Part shown: positions 1 through 14,293 of the stretch, in pieces
Layout: each line of letters starts with the position of its first letter
Numbering within the stretch: the stretch's first letter is position 1
Assembly (NCBI RefSeq): GCF_036321535.1
Contig: NC_087444.1
Location: 24,988,001-25,052,000 of the forward strand
Source of the DNA: Camelus dromedarius
Lineage: Eukaryota
Length of the DNA stretch: 64,000 nt
Reading direction: 5' to 3'
Program-made: the position numbers and the translations under genes
The notes under the pieces: generated by a model
Seen by the model: the letters and a program-made list of their open reading frames with translations, nothing else
The model's database searches: none
What the model was told of the DNA's origin: nothing

Positions 1-129
1 CATGTATTATATCTTCAAAAAAAATCTGGAGACAAAAATAGAAAGAATGGGCTGATGATCAGTAACCAGTCAGGGTTAACTTCCTTTTCCAGTTCTCTAT
101 TCTGAGAATCTTAAGAAAATAAAGAAAAG

Positions 130-1110
130 CACAAAGAACAATAGAATAAAAATCTGTATACCCACCATCTGGAATTGCCAACTGGTAACATTTTGTCATA
201 TTTGCTTTGTCTTTGTTTTATTCAAAGAAGTAAAACACTAGATCTAGCTTAAGTCCTTATATCCGCCATTCTCTTTCCACCCCATCAACATTTTCACCAA
301 CAAGAACCACTGTATAGAGTATATAACCTTCTGGTCCATTTCAGGTCATCTTAGGTGTATATTTAATTCTATGAATAACATATTATAATGTATATATTTA
401 CTAATTTTAAAATAAATTACATCATATGGAATATGCACTAAAATTGGCTTTCTTGTTTCTGAGCCCTACCTTCATTGAATACATATGTATAAATACATAT
501 ATACATGTAATATACAAACTATTGCAGTTTAATATTTAATTCTTTTACATTTATCTAACCATCCCCCTATTGATGCTTATTTAGGCAATTTTCAATTTAT
601 TGCCATTTTTTCCAAGTTAAGATTATTCCTTTCTTCTATTCCAACAGTCAATACACTCATTATTTTTGGAAAGAAATGTAAAAGAATTCAATAGATGCTT
701 GAATTATTACATACTCTGTGGAAAATAGACAAATTTGAAAATAGGTTAACAATATGTTGTTATCCTAGAACTTACACCTACAAGGTGGTATGGTATGTGA
801 GTTTGATCCACAGCAATTCTTACGACAATTTGAAGATTCAGGGACAATAGGTAGAATGTGGCACATTAACAAGAAAATACACACCTTTTAAAAAAAGTTA
901 TCCTTTTTGTATGACATTCTACTCCTGCATGCAACCAAAATTATTTTTTCCAGACACACTGAAGTATAATCAACAAATAAAAACTGTATAGATTTAAGCT
1001 GTAGAATTTGATGTTTTCATATACGTGTCACTGTGAAATCCCGCTGTAACCAAGCTGATTAACATGTGTAGCAATAAATATCCTCAGATGTCTCCTGGTG
1101 CACATGTATG
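130..1110. mobile_element. Cluster of degraded L1M fragments
   Basis: Antisense L1ME-like text (cccctattgatgcttatttaggcaattttcaatttattgcc), a sense 3' end at ~700-890, and antisense tgaagtataat...aaactgtatagatttaag at ~950-1060. Confidence 0.6.
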
Positions 1111-1119
1111 TTAATTTCC

Positions 1120-1930
1120 TTCTTGATGCCAGTTGCTACATAATTGATAAACCAGGGGAATGTCAACGATAGAGCATAATTACTTGAGAAAGGCATTTGA
1201 AAACTCCTTTTATGGTCACATTATAGATACAATGGAGAAAATGTGGGCTGGGTGATCATGTTCTTACAGGTGAATTTATAACTGGTTGATCAGCTTCACC
1301 GAAACACTGTATAAGTGATTTCTAGGCAAAGATCTTTGTGGTCTGACAGAGATCTAGATCTTTATTAATTCAATAACCTTATCATCCGTCCATCCAGTGC
1401 TTTTGAGTAACACTGTACCAGGCTCCATAGTAGATATTGGACATTGAAGAGTCAACAGGACTCACACAAAGTTCTTGACACAAAGCTGGTATCCAATTAA
1501 TGTTTGTTAGCTGATACTTCAGAGAGATGTGGTCAGTGCCCTCCCAAACTTATAGAGATGCTATGACTTTGGTGAAGATTCAGAATACATGTATATGAAA
1601 TTTTAAGATTTTTAAAAAAGGGACTGGGAATACTTGGCAATAAGCCAGGTTAACGAGATGAGATATCAAATTCTTTCCATAGCATAAAGCTGATTAAATA
1701 AAATTTATAATCAGCAAATGTGACATCAGGAAAAAGCATATGTGTATGTACACACCAATACGTACACAAACATATGTATATACTAGTTCTAAGTTTGAGA
1801 GATCTATCTTGGCAATAGTTATAAGAAATAAATACTCAAGTTTCTGGTTGAGCACAAGTTCACTATGAGCCAGTGCTGTGAGCTTAGAAGGCTAAGAACA
1901 CCAGCTGGATCCTAGGCTGAACTGGGGTGT
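1120..1930 (+). mobile_element. CR1/L3 LINE fragments with an interleaved L2-like piece
   Basis: gaaaggcatttga...atggagaaaatgtgggctggg...actggttga and ctggttgagcacaagttcactatgagccagtgctgtg...ctggatcctaggctg resemble L3. Confidence 0.5.
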
Positions 1931-3524
1931 TTTTACTGAACTTTGGGCAATAGTAAATGACAGTTCTACTGTTTAATATGTGTTTATTACAAATCAAAGT
2001 CACTGTCAACAGCATGCATATAACTAACTGCAGCTATTCTGATTTAAAGAGAAAGTAACTGAGGCTCAGAGAGGCCAAGTAACTTGCCTAAAGCCATGCA
2101 AATAATACGAGATGGAGCAGGAATTCAAAGCCGGCTTATTTGATGCTCTGCTATGCTGCATTATGTCTGCTTCTACGTAGATGGACCCACACTTGGATCC
2201 CACCTGAAGATGTGACCTGCCTAACTCAATGGGACCGACCCATTTTTGAGGGATGGAAAACAAAACAACATATATTACCATTAATCAGCACCACAACAAA
2301 ATAATATCCCTATGAGAGCCAATACTGCCACAAACTCCTGGCCAGTGTGTGCTTCCCTCAGTATATCTCTCCAAGAAACCGTGCTCCACTTAAGAGGAAG
2401 GCACACATGGGCTAGAAAGGTCAGGTCTGTGATACAGCGCTCCCACTCCTAGTCTTAGTACATTTCAGGGCAAGGGAGAGGTTTTGAGTGAATAGTGGCG
2501 TCTATACCTCATGGTTGTTTCAAAGATAAGAGTTAATTTATGCAAATCCAACCACAATGCCCACCACATGGTTGGGGCTCAGTAAGTGGCAGAGATGATG
2601 GCGACACTGCTGCTGCTGTGAGGCAGGCTTCTTGGAAGCAAAGACCTGGCTCTTTCATATGGTTGTGGGGTCCCAAGGGTACTGATGAGCAGCCTGCCTT
2701 CCTCTTACTTCCTGGAGGAAGAGGTATGTTTTTCTTTATACCAACTCATCTGTCACTCATAAAACCAAGACATCACTGTATGCTTCTACCCAGAGGGATG
2801 GTTTTTTTTTTTTTTTTTGTAATTCATCTCTCCAGAAGGGACATATTTTTCTAATATTTACAAAGTGTCTTGTTGTTTAGCTGTGTGCTAGGGTCTTTCC
2901 AGGAGACACTTTGACATCAAAACGAAGACCAGTCTCACCTCTCCTACCTTTGTCTTTCCCAAGACCTATACTACTGACTCCCAAAACAAGGGTTTCTGGT
3001 TATAATTCTGGTTACAAATTAGCATAAATGTGAGAGTCATGATCAGGTGGAAGAAATGAGAGCCCATTGGCTGGAGCCTCAAAAAGTATCTTCTGTTTCT
3101 CAATCCAGTAACTTTTGTTTTTACATTTATGGCCTGTGGTTGCATGTTAGAGGATGTGTCACCTCCAGTAGATGCATTAAAGGACTTAAATGAAATACAG
3201 CTGTAAGAAGACTGACAGTCCCCATGACGGACAATAAATCCACCAAATGTTTGACAGCCCCATCAAAGAGGGAATTCCAGGAGGAAAAGAGACTGCAGCC
3301 TGTGTCTGTAATTTACACCCACAGAGAGAGACACGCTTTGGGATTCAGCAAGGAGAGGATGGGATGGACCAGGTTTCTTTGGAACACAGGACAGGGGTGG
3401 GTTAGATGTGGTCTCACCTTTTGTGCTGACATTTGTTAGCATTTGCTATAGTCCTTGCCATGATGGGTGCCACAGACCCTTCCCTCTTTCTCATTTTAAT
3501 TCAGTTCCCATTCTGGTTATTTAG

Positions 3525-4026
3525 TGCTGCAGTGCAGTATACCCCCCACTCCCGATATATAATGAATTAAAATAACCGTTTCCTTTTGCTTATGATTTTG
3601 TGGGTCGAGATTCAGGAAAGGCTCAGCTAGCTAGTTCATCTCAGGTCCACACGCGGCCAGCTGGGAATGGAGAATCTCTCCGCACGTGGCTCCTGCAGTC
3701 ATATGACTGAGGTCTCACTGCTCTTTGGCTTCTCTCTCCAAGTAGCATTTCCTTCTTTAAGTCCTCCCCAAATGACCTGAGCTTTTCCAAAGATGGTCTC
3801 CAGATAATCAGACTTTATTTATTTTTTTTACATGGTGCTGGCTTCTGTGCAAGTCTTTCAAGAGACAGTAAAATGAAACCTACCCATGTCTTTAGGCCTG
3901 GACGTGAAAACTGGCAAGTGTTACTTTCACCATAGTCTACTGGTCAAGGCAGTCAAAGAGCCCACCTCCATTCAGAGAGAGGGGGCATAGACTCTCAAAG
4001 AATTTGTAGCTATTTATAATCCACCA
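3525..4026 (-). mobile_element. MLT1 (MaLR) LTR
   Basis: ttgcttatgattttgtgggtc...ggctcagct...ttactttcaccatagtctactggtcaaggcagtc...gaatttgtagctatttataatccacca. Confidence 0.7.
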
Positions 4027-4284
4027 GAGACTCCCAAGTCCATCCCTTCTACCTCCTAAATCTCACCCGAATATGCCTCACCCTCACCATGTCTACCATG
4101 ACTACTGTAGACCAGGCCCTCATTAACACTCACACTGCCCATGCAGTGTCTGTCTCTTCTTTGCTCTTACCTGTTTTCCACACTGTAGCCAGAATAATTT
4201 CTTTCCAATGCAAATATGTCCATGCTGTGTTTCTACCTGAAACTCATCAAGAACTCTCCAGTAGACGTTGTGTAGTATTTCTTT

Positions 4285-4855
4285 TTATGAACTGCATCTG
4301 GTCTCCTTGCTCTTGGTAACAGCATTCTCATTTTCCTTTGAGTTACCACCTCCCCGCCCCCAACTCTTAGTCCTTGTAGTTCAGGGAGAGCTGACATCAC
4401 ATTTCCCACACATCTGGCTCTAGGTGTGGTCAGATGACCCAGGTCTGGCCGCTTGGAATCTACCACACCTGTGCATACATTGATCATTTCAGAGATGGGC
4501 ACACACTTAAACTGGGTTGACAGAGTCATACCTAAGACTTTCAATGGAATTATATGTAAATAATGCTTTTATAAAGTGTGAGGGGAGACTGAAATTACTC
4601 AGGTAGTAGGGAAAGTGCCCAGTGGACAGTGTTGTTCACTGCCACCTGTTAGAAAGCCACCATTGAGAAAAGGGGAGCCAAGGAATAGAGTGAGACACAT
4701 TCCTGATGACATAATTCGATCACTTAGATACAACCATTCCTGAAATCCCTCTTGGCTTTTTAAATGAATGAGCCAATATAGTCCGCTTTCTGCTTAAACG
4801 CACAGGGGCTTCTGTCACTAGGTTTCTGTCACCAGGAATCAAAACTGTCCTAACA
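4285..4855 (+). mobile_element. Old MLT1 (K/L-like) LTR
   Basis: gatgacccaggtctggcc...gatgggcacacac...tgagccaata...ctgcttaa...ggtttctgtcacc...gtcctaac. Confidence 0.55.
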
Positions 4856-5619
4856 TGCCTACTTTGCATGATACTTGCCTTTCTTCATCCCATCAGCTTG
4901 CTTTGCTCTCAGTGTTTTCCTGGGGTAATTCACTCATCTCTCTTTCAGCATTTATCTTTTCAGCAAGTATTGTATGTATGAGCCTATTTCCTCCACTTTA
5001 CCCTGAGCTCCATTAAGAGTCTGACTTTGATGTACTCATCTTCGAGTTTCCAGAGTCCCCCAGCACAGTTCCTCAAACACAAAAGATATTCATCAGGTGT
5101 CAGTGGAATGCTTACAATTTTTAATCCACAAATATTTAGTTCCAAAGTTGCTGTTGCCTGTGTCACCGCACATTTTAGATCCTCTTTGCAAAGAATTACA
5201 CAACCACAGACCACGTGCTCAGTCCCTTACCAGCCATAACCCAAGGGGGTCTCAGCACTTATTTAAAAATTAATTTGTTCCTTAATTAAGAAACATGATT
5301 ATTTCTAATTAACCAACCTTCAATGTAATGTAAACAGATCGCAAGTAACTAAACAGCTTTGCCTAGCCTGTCGCATGTCTGAGAGCAGTACAGTGAAATC
5401 ATTTTTAGCACATCATCTGGGAGGCAGGGGAATATGCAGAACTCTCTGACTTGCATAGATGGAATTAAAGGAACTTAAAGAGAGGGAATCTGTCAGCTCT
5501 TAATCCCTACCTAGCAAATTAAATTGCTGCTACATTACATCGTGACACCGTTTTCAGAATTTCTTGAGATGCAAAATCCCCACAGTTACTAAAGAATTGA
5601 CTCAAACTCTGCAGCTCAA

Positions 5620-5621
<2 letters not shown>

Positions 5622-5656
<35 letters not shown>
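5622..5656. repeat. (CA)n microsatellite
   Basis: Direct reading. Confidence 0.97.
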
Positions 5657-5660
<4 letters not shown>

Positions 5661-7659
5661 GCATGTATATACATGCTACCCACATGGAGATGTGGCAGAA
5701 AGGAGATATTTTGAGTAGGATCCAGCTGGTTTGCTGCGAGTTCTCAGGGAAGCAGTATACTATTTACACTAGGATAAGTCAGAGTTTGAGAGGAGACGGG
5801 AAGCAGGATATTATGCATCTGTAATGAGAGACCTGTCATTCTCTGACACCATCAGGTGTGTGGGAAAGCATCCGGAGACAGACTAATGGTTCTGTAATAA
5901 CAAATGCTAATGGAGGAACATACAGCCCAAGGTGTATTCATTAAACTTCTTCTACCTTGAAACGATTCACTGACCCGGATCCTCTCATATCCTGAAGAGG
6001 ATATGGGTTTCAACTCAGATGCTCCTTATACCTTGACAATGCAAAATGCACAACCCAGGAAAACTGCAATGTGAGGATGGTTTTCTACCCAGGTATTATC
6101 TTATTTAACCAAATATTAGTGGACATAGCAGCACACATGCTGATCGTTGACTTTATCAGAAAAGAAAACGTCTTCTCTTTAAAGGATGAATAAAAAATAA
6201 GTAACTCTTTACTTTGCCAAAAGCAAGTCTCTCTAACAGTTTAGAAACCAACGGAATATGGTAAGGAATCTTTGCAAAGGTTTTGTGGTTATTCATTCAT
6301 GATGATTAAATGGATACAAAGAAACACTCAACCTTGACTTCCTCTTGGGTTTGGAGATCAGAAGGTGTAGGGGTGAGTGAGGTCAGGGTGTTTATTTCCC
6401 AGGATTCCTCCCTCCTGCATTGCCTTAAGCTGCCTGTATCCCCTGCTGTGGGTCTCTGCCCTCTCAGAGGGGCCCCCCTACACGACTCTCTTCTTCCTGC
6501 CCTGTAACTGTGCCCTCAATCCCCAGGGTTGGGGACAAAAACAGCTCTGTTGGTACTGGCTCAGGGTTACAGCTTGCTTTTCCCCTTTGTAAAATAGGCC
6601 CTCCTTCAACAGTCTTAATTTGAGGGTGCCATTTGTTTCTTATTGAGATGTTGTTATATAGCAAACATTTTCAATCTCATTTCTCATCATTGTGGAAATC
6701 TCCAAATACTCCCAAACTCTGATCCTGGAAAAATTGTCAAAGCCAAGATTGAAAATGGCGATGTAGATGATCAGTTCTATTGCGACAACCACAAACTACG
6801 TAGGGAAAATGATTTTAGTGTTTCATTTCTACAGTATTTCTGTGGATCGTTATGCTTACATTAGCAATCACTGCACTCCCGAGAAGGTCATGTGATCCTT
6901 TCTGATCCACAGTTCAGACATTCTAGGAATTTCAGACTGGAAGACAGGCCAGGGAAGGTTATATTCCTAAACAAGTGTGCTAAGGGGCCTATTGGGAAAG
7001 GTTACTTCCCACACATGGGTTCCCTGTGCATCTTGCAGGAGAACATCCCGGGAGAGACTGAAAGACTGTAGAGTCCTCGGACCTCTGACTGGTGTGCTGT
7101 TAACTCAGCTGAGGTTTTGTTGAACTTCATTAACGCGTGTTGTTTATCCCAACTGCAAGGATAATGATGCTTTGTCCATGTTGTTTCCTCTCCAAATTCT
7201 AGCATCTTATGAAAGATGTCTACTCTGGGAAAGTGAGGTGAACTGTGGCAAGTGGTAACGTTACTTCTGAAAGCTGAGTGAGTCGGGGAAACTGCCAATA
7301 AAGCTCCTTAATGCAGTCGGTGTGACCTCCTCAAAGGAGAGTTCATCGTAATTAGTGGCATCACAGGAATATCAAAAGCATTCATAATTACGGGAGCTTC
7401 ATTAGGGTGTGTTGCTAAACATGTCCTGAAAATTGTTTTCGATGCTGTTTTAATTCAAGAATGATGTTGGTATTGGGAGTACTCGAAAATTATGAGTTGG
7501 TAACTCATTGGAAATGGAACTTTTGACAGTTGTTGAACAGTTGGTGAGCTTGTGTGTTTCTCTTTATTTCTGTTATTTGGTTGGCTCTTTTCGTTTTCAT
7601 TCTTGGGAAAAGCAACTTCACTCATAAGCTGGTGTGTATGGTGATGCAAACCGCATAGC

Positions 7660-8227
7660 GGATTCGTTTTCTATTTCTAATTGCCACCGATTTAGTGGTT
7701 TAAAGAACACCCATTTATTATCTCACAGCTTCTGTGGGTCAGAAGTCTGGGCACAATCAGGCTCATCAGGGTTTGCCTACTAAGGATGTCACGAGGCTGA
7801 AATCAAGATGTCAGCAGGGCTGTGTTCCTTGCTGACAGCTCAGAGGAAAAATCCTTTCCAAACTTATTCAGGAGGTGGGCAGAGTGGATTTCCTTCTTAG
7901 GCCTCCCTTCAGCCCACCTCCATCTATGTGCCAACAAGATATTCTGTCCTTATCAGGCTTTAAAATTCCCTGAACTAGTTCTTGCCTCATCTCTCTAACT
8001 TTCTTCTGCTACTTCATCTCTCACTATTCTCCTCCTTGCTTTTTCTGCTTTTAAGGGCTCATATGATTATTTGGATCCACCTGGATAATCCAGGATAATC
8101 TCCCTACGTTAAAGTCAGCTGATTAGTAGCCTTTATTACATTGCAAAATTTCCTGTGTCATGTTACATGACCATAGCGGTAAGACCTGCATGTAGGGATC
8201 ATGCAGGCCAGAATTCTGCCTACAACA
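7660..8227 (-). mobile_element. MLT1 (MaLR) LTR
   Basis: ttagtggtttaaagaacacccatttattatctcacag...ggctgaaatcaagatgtcagcagggctg...cacctggataatccaggataatctccc...tctgcctacaaca. Confidence 0.8.
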
Positions 8228-8228
8228 T

Positions 8229-8719
8229 TGTGATAGTGAATTTCATGTCAACTTGACAGAACAATGGGGTGCCCAGTCATTTCAACAAACATTGTTCTGG
8301 GTGTGTCTGTTAGGGTGTTTCTGGACAAGATTAACATATGAATCAGTAGACTAAGTAAAGCAGATTGCCTTCCACAAAATGGGTGGGCTTCTTCCAATCA
8401 ACTGAAAACCTGAGTAGAACAGAAAGGCTGAGTCAGAATGGACTTCTCCTGTCTGACTGCTTTGATCTGGGACATTGGTCTTGGACTTCAACTGAAACAC
8501 TGGTTCTTCTTGGATCTCAAGCCTGCTGGCCTTTGGTCTGGAATTATACAATTGTCTCTATTGGGACTCCAGCTTGCTGACTGCAGATCTGGGGACGTGT
8601 AAGCTTCCATTAATGTGTAAGCCAATTCCTTATTTTATCTATCTGTCTGTCTGTTTGTCTGTCTATCTATCTATCATCTCCTATTGGTTCTGTTTCTCTG
8701 GGGAACCCTGACTAATACA
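8229..8719 (+). mobile_element. MLT2 (ERVL) solo LTR
   Basis: TGTGATAGTGAATTTCATGTCAACTTGAC...CTATTGGTTCTGTTTCTCTGGGGAACCCTGACTAATACA; TSD aacat/agcat. Confidence 0.9.
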
Positions 8720-10037
8720 AGCATGCATAAAATAAAGTCCAAAGTTACTTTTTGACTTTCTTTGGTCCCTAGAGTAACCAAGCTAACTGCAGTTTTGGCC
8801 TGTTTTTCCAATGGATCAATGGTGAAAACCACCATGGGTTTAAAGTCACCTTTTCCGTCTTAAATAAAACTTTTCATTTAGATGGTCTGTTTTGTGCTGA
8901 TGAATTTAGATGGTATAAGGAAAGACATGGAGGGAAGTTGTGAGAGTCTTGTAAGTGGCCTGCCCACTAAGTTTCAGGTGCTTATCTGTAAACGAGAATT
9001 CCTTTATCTGTTTTTGGGAGATTATGCAAGGCTGAAATGAAGGGATATGTATGAAACTCACAGCTGCATATCCTGCATATTATAGTTACAGCAAAGCTGG
9101 GCATTCAGTAGTAAGTAGGAGAGTGAGGGAGAGACTGCCTGGAAGGCCAAAACACATTAGAGCCATTGGCAGAAAATACATCTGTCACTTTTCATTTGGG
9201 TTTAGTATGTCTACCTTCAGGATCCTGGATGGTCAATTTCCTACCAAGGACCCGGCCAAAAGTTTGGTCTTCATGAAAAGAGGTGAGGTGATTCTCCAAA
9301 ACAAATGAAACAGCAAAATTCCCAGTTAATATTTATATAACATTGAAATAATTCAACAAAGTTTTTATTTTTTGAGTTGCAGCTCTGTGAAGGAGGCTAG
9401 CTACATCCAAAGGGGTGAACGATCAAGAATCAGGAAGCATCAGTGATGTGGTCCCTACACCCAGGCTACTCACAAGCTTCTCTCCCTTCACTGCTGGTCC
9501 TGACACGCCTGAGGTCAGATGTCTACCTGGCACTCTGCAACCCTCTCTAGGTTCATTGTCTTGCTCTCAGACCATCGTACATTCAACCTGGGTCTCAGAC
9601 CACTCCTCTGTGGAGGGGAGCACACCTTCTCAGGTGTCTCATGATGATTCAGTTCAGTACCAAGAGCTCCCTTTCCAAAGTATCTACCTTCTCCTGAACG
9701 CCAAGCTCACAGAACTTCCTGCTCATAACAGATGCTCTGGTGCTGCATCATCTTAGAGACTGACATGACCATTAGATCTGAAGTCTCTGAGAACTTGAAC
9801 CAGAGAGAAACCAGTCTGACTTTGTTCCTTTCCTTGACTTAACCAGGAAATCTTTTGAGTCAGGCCTTCCCCTCCAAAGAATTCTCCAACTCATAATAAA
9901 ATCTTGGAAGATGCTGGGTTCTCTTGCATTTTAACCTTTTAAAAGTTAAATAAGCCCCTTGATCTTTGGGTACTGGGTGGGGACCAGTCACCGGCTAATC
10001 CCAAATCTGCTCCCAAGCCTCTCATCCCTAGCCTGCC

Positions 10038-10086
10038 ATGTGCACACATATGCACGCGCGCGCGCACACACACACACACACGTATA
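10038..10086. repeat. Compound (CA)/(CG)/(CA) alternating purine-pyrimidine tract
   Basis: tgcacacatatgcacgcgcgcgcgcacacacacacacacacgtata. Confidence 0.9.
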
Positions 10087-11859
10087 CCTTTACACAAACA
10101 CATAAATAAATTCTGCTTTGTAGATGGTTCTCCCTGCAACTAGGGGTAACCAAACAGTTCTACTCAGGGTAGTGGTTAATCACAGACCACTGAGGGCTTG
10201 TGGTAAAGACTGCATTCCTAATGAGAAGCATAGACATTGTTTATTTTCTATTCTTTCTTTTTCCTTGAACACAGGTGTGATGTTTAGCACTGTGACAAGA
10301 CTTGAAGCCACAAGAGCAAGGCCAAAGACTCACAGAGATGCTGACTGTCAGATCACTGAAGCACAAGCAGCAGCCGCCCACCTCTCTAGCTTCAGGAAAT
10401 AGGAGACAAATCAAGCTGAGACATTTAAGCCATTTTAATTGCTATTTTGTTACCTGCAGCTGAAAGCGTTCCTGATTGAGGTTTTACTAGCTGAACTGAA
10501 TGGCTGCATCCCTGGTTACAGTTTTTCTGGCTCTAGAAATTTTTCTCCTGGCAGTATTTGTCCTTGTGTCATGTAGCCTGACCTTCCCCTTTAAGTTGCA
10601 ATTAGGACCAGGCAGAGCTGGACTGTTCCACACTATAAGGAAAAACCCCTGTGAACAGTCATGACCTAGAGCAGCTTCTTAGCCTGAAAACTCTCAGTTG
10701 AAACTGCACTGCAGTCTTCGTTATTTGCCCGTTGCATCCCCATAAGCAATAAAATAAACATTTCTTATTTAGATGCACAGCCTTGGCTAGGGAGCGGCAC
10801 CGAGTGCTTACATCGGAGACCACTGAATAAGGGTAAAGAAGTCTTACTGTGGAGGACAAGCAGGCATTCTAAGAAGTAATTATCCCACACTGAGACAGAG
10901 GAAATGCAGTCTCCTGGAAGGAAGGTGGGATTAAAGGTCACACAGAGCCAGACTCACAGTTTCTCCTCTGACTATCTGTGCCAACGTCTCTGAGCTTATG
11001 TTTCTTCATCTGAAACATGGAGATAATAACACTCAGCATCATTGGGAAGATGAAATGGAATGATGAATTTCGAAGTATCCATCCCAATGTCTCTCCCCTA
11101 CGAGGCAAGCCGTGATGGCTTGTTGAAGGAGCCGAGATGTCTGATAGGGCACCTAATTGCCAAGGGCAAAGGGAGAGGGGAAAGGATGGAGGATGCCTGG
11201 ATGTCTTTCATTTACACACCCGGCTGAAATATGTCAGGAAGGACCGTAGTATGGTTGTTTTCAAATCTTTCACGACGTCTCATCCACCCGATGATGACAA
11301 TGGCATGGCAGAAATGTGCTCAGGGTGGCAAAAGTAAAGGTCTCAGATTACTTCATGACTAGAAGGGTACTGGCGGAAATTTATGCAGGGGTATCTAACT
11401 TGAGCCACCGATCTGTTTCTAAAAATTCGACATTTTAATGGGAACTGGATTTTTTAAAAAGAATTTTTGGGATACTTGGTAAACAATCTTCTTAGAAAAC
11501 ACTTCTTAGTAGTTCTATGACTTCACTGATAGGAATCTTTATTGATGGGAATTCTTTAGGATGAAAGAAACACAAAAGCAGATGACAAATAGATGTGGTA
11601 TAAAAGAACTCCAAATGGAGGGACCATTTCTTGAGAGGTCACTATTACTGAACTCTGCCCAAAACTTACATATTTATCTCATTTAATTCTCATAATGAAA
11701 CTGCAGGATAAGTAGAGAACAGGTATACTTTATGTGATGGACATATTCTCAAGTATCTCGACTAATTGAAAATGTGCATAATTCAAGACTCATCTTGACA
11801 AAGAATGGTATGTATTCATCTATATCAGCTAAAGCGGCATCATCCGTAGCAAGAGCAGA

Positions 11860-12262
11860 TTTATTTAAGAATAAACCCTGTCTTTGGCAATAAAAGGGAA
11901 TGAAGTACTGATACCTGGTACATATGACACAGACGAACGTTCTGCTGCATGAGAGCTGCCCGTCACAACATGCCACATATTGTGTAATTCCATTTAAACT
12001 AAATGTCCAGAGTAGACAAATCTATAGAGGCAGAAAGTAGATTTGTGGTTTCCTAGGGCTGGTGAGTTTGGAGGGATGGAAATGGGAAATGACTTCTCAT
12101 GGATACAGGGCTTCCTTTGGGGATAATGGGAATGTCCCAAAATGGATGGTGGTAATAATTGCACAAGTCTGTGAATACACTAAAAACCAACGAATCACAC
12201 ATTTTAAATGGGTGAATCAGTGCATTGTATGGCATGTGAACTTACTTCATTAAAGTTTATGT
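11860..12262 (+). mobile_element. L1MB/ME-like 3' end
   Basis: aaaagggaatgaagtactgatac...gacaaatctatagaggcagaaagtagattt...gtgaatacactaaaaacc...tttaaatgggtgaat. Confidence 0.85.
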
Positions 12263-13454
12263 TAAACCCTGCCAGCCACTTTGAAAATTCTGTGATTCCT
12301 GGCAAATGCTTGCAATTTGGGAGATTGCATTGTGTCTAAATTTGTGCACAAATGAGACTTTGTTAATATTTTCATATTGCAGCATTTCCATTTGTCTAAT
12401 TCAAACGCATACAAAATTCTGCCATAGTGCCTGATCATCAATTCAGAATGAGGAAATAAACGCTTGGATTCACACAGCTGATAAGAGAGGAAGCCAGGAT
12501 TGAAATTCAGCATTGCTGGTTGGAAGAGCTCATTCCTCCCCCATAAGATGCTAGATGACAGCCTATGACCCTCTGGAACCTATCACCATTGGGGAAAAAA
12601 GTGGTGAGTAGCTGCTAACATTGATGGCACAAGTAGCATTTTGTCAGGCCAAGTGCTCAAAGCTCGATACCCACTTTCTTACTGAACCTCACAGCTACCC
12701 TTTGGGGGCATGTTCAAACCCTAACCCTAACCCGTCATCCCCATTCTGCAGAGGAGTTACCCAAACCTCAGAAAGGTAAGACAACATGTTCAAGGTCCCG
12801 CAATTTGTAGTGCACACATAACCGGAGACCCAGTCTTTTGGACTCAACCCTTGTGCTGTGTTCTTGTCAGAATGCATCGATCTCTCTGATGAACTGACAA
12901 GAACATCCTCCTGATGCATTTTCCAATTGACTCACTGGCAAGAAAAAAATTAATATTCTCTGAAAACCTTCTAGAGCCCCTTAACACGCCCTGTTCCTTT
13001 CCCCCTCCCTCACTAGTCCTTGAGACGTGGTCAGGTCGTCAGCCTGTTGGCATAATTGACAGCCACGTGATGACGTGCATTATTGGAGTAAATTCAGCAC
13101 TGGACTGTGGTCTGAAATTACTGGAATGGAATGGAATCAAAACCATCAAGCTAAGATAGTTGCCCTCATAAGGCAATAAGTATGTTCTTAATCTAATAAA
13201 AATATCTAATGACAAACAGACCTTAGAATGCTTTCTGGAAAGAACTGTAAGATAATGAAGGAGATGAAGGCCATTTTTGTTCCAATAAAGGCTCAATTTT
13301 CTGATTACCATAAAAAAGTGGTGGCATGGATGCGTACAGAGGAGTAAGTGGGTCTGAATGTCTTGAGCAGCACAGCATATTAGTTAAAAAGCATGACTTG
13401 GAGTCACACAGTCTGGCTTATAATTCTTACCAGTTGAGTGACACTGCCTAGGTC

Positions 13455-13900
13455 AGTTGTTATTAGATTTGGTAACAAACACAGAGAAGCCAAGGTACCA
13501 GTAAGTTAAATAAGATGGAATCTCCTTATTGTCTTACGTAAAATAATTCTGGAGTGCAGTCCAGGGCCAGCATGACATTCCACAGGCAATGGAATCCATC
13601 CAATATCTTTCCATTTTTGCACACCTTCATAGGACACTGTTTCCATTCTCAAAACCACTTTACAAAGCACAGTGGCTGCACAAGTTCTAGCCATTATATC
13701 CTCATTCCAGGTAGCAATAAGAAATAGGTGGCAGGAGGAGGACAAAAGGGCACTCTTCCCAGCTGACTTGGCTCCCAACTCATCCCAGAAGCCCAACACA
13801 ACACTCTGTGTACAGCTCGCTGGCTGGTACTTCGTCACACGGCTGCATCTAGCTGCAAGGGAGGCTGGACAATAGAGCTGTTAGATATATGCACTGCCCC
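13455..13900 (-). mobile_element. MLT1 LTR inserted between MIR pieces (~13360-13450, ~13980-14120)
   Basis: ccatccaatatcttcc...gtggctgcacaagttctagccattatatcctcattccaggtagca...gtcacacggctgcatctagctgcaagggaggctgg. Confidence 0.65.
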
Positions 13901-14293
13901 TGCAGTAGACTGGGGTCCATTACAAAAAGAGACAAGAATAGATACTGAGGAAGAGATCTCTGCTCCCCTGGAAAAATTATTTCCTAACTTTATGGTTCAA
14001 TGTCCTCACTGGAGACGTGGAGATGATCACTGCATCTACTTCTTAGGGCTCCTGTGGTGAGTCAGAGGAATCCCTTAGCATAGGCCCCAGCACCAGCTCC
14101 TGCTCAGAAGGTGCTCACTGTAAACTTTAGTGACATGCTCACTGACCGTCCTCAGAGGAGTAGGTTCTTGCCATCTCTCATCCCCGAGCTCCCCAAGCTT
14201 ACCACAAAGAGGTACTGACACTCTGTGGCATCTCCCCTCCAGACTTTAGATTTGGGCTTCATAACCAATATTCTTCATTTTCTCCATTGAGGC

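Noticed and set aside
12716..12733. Telomere-like (CCCTAA)n
   Set aside because: Only about 2.5 units within a MIR; too short to call an interstitial telomere.
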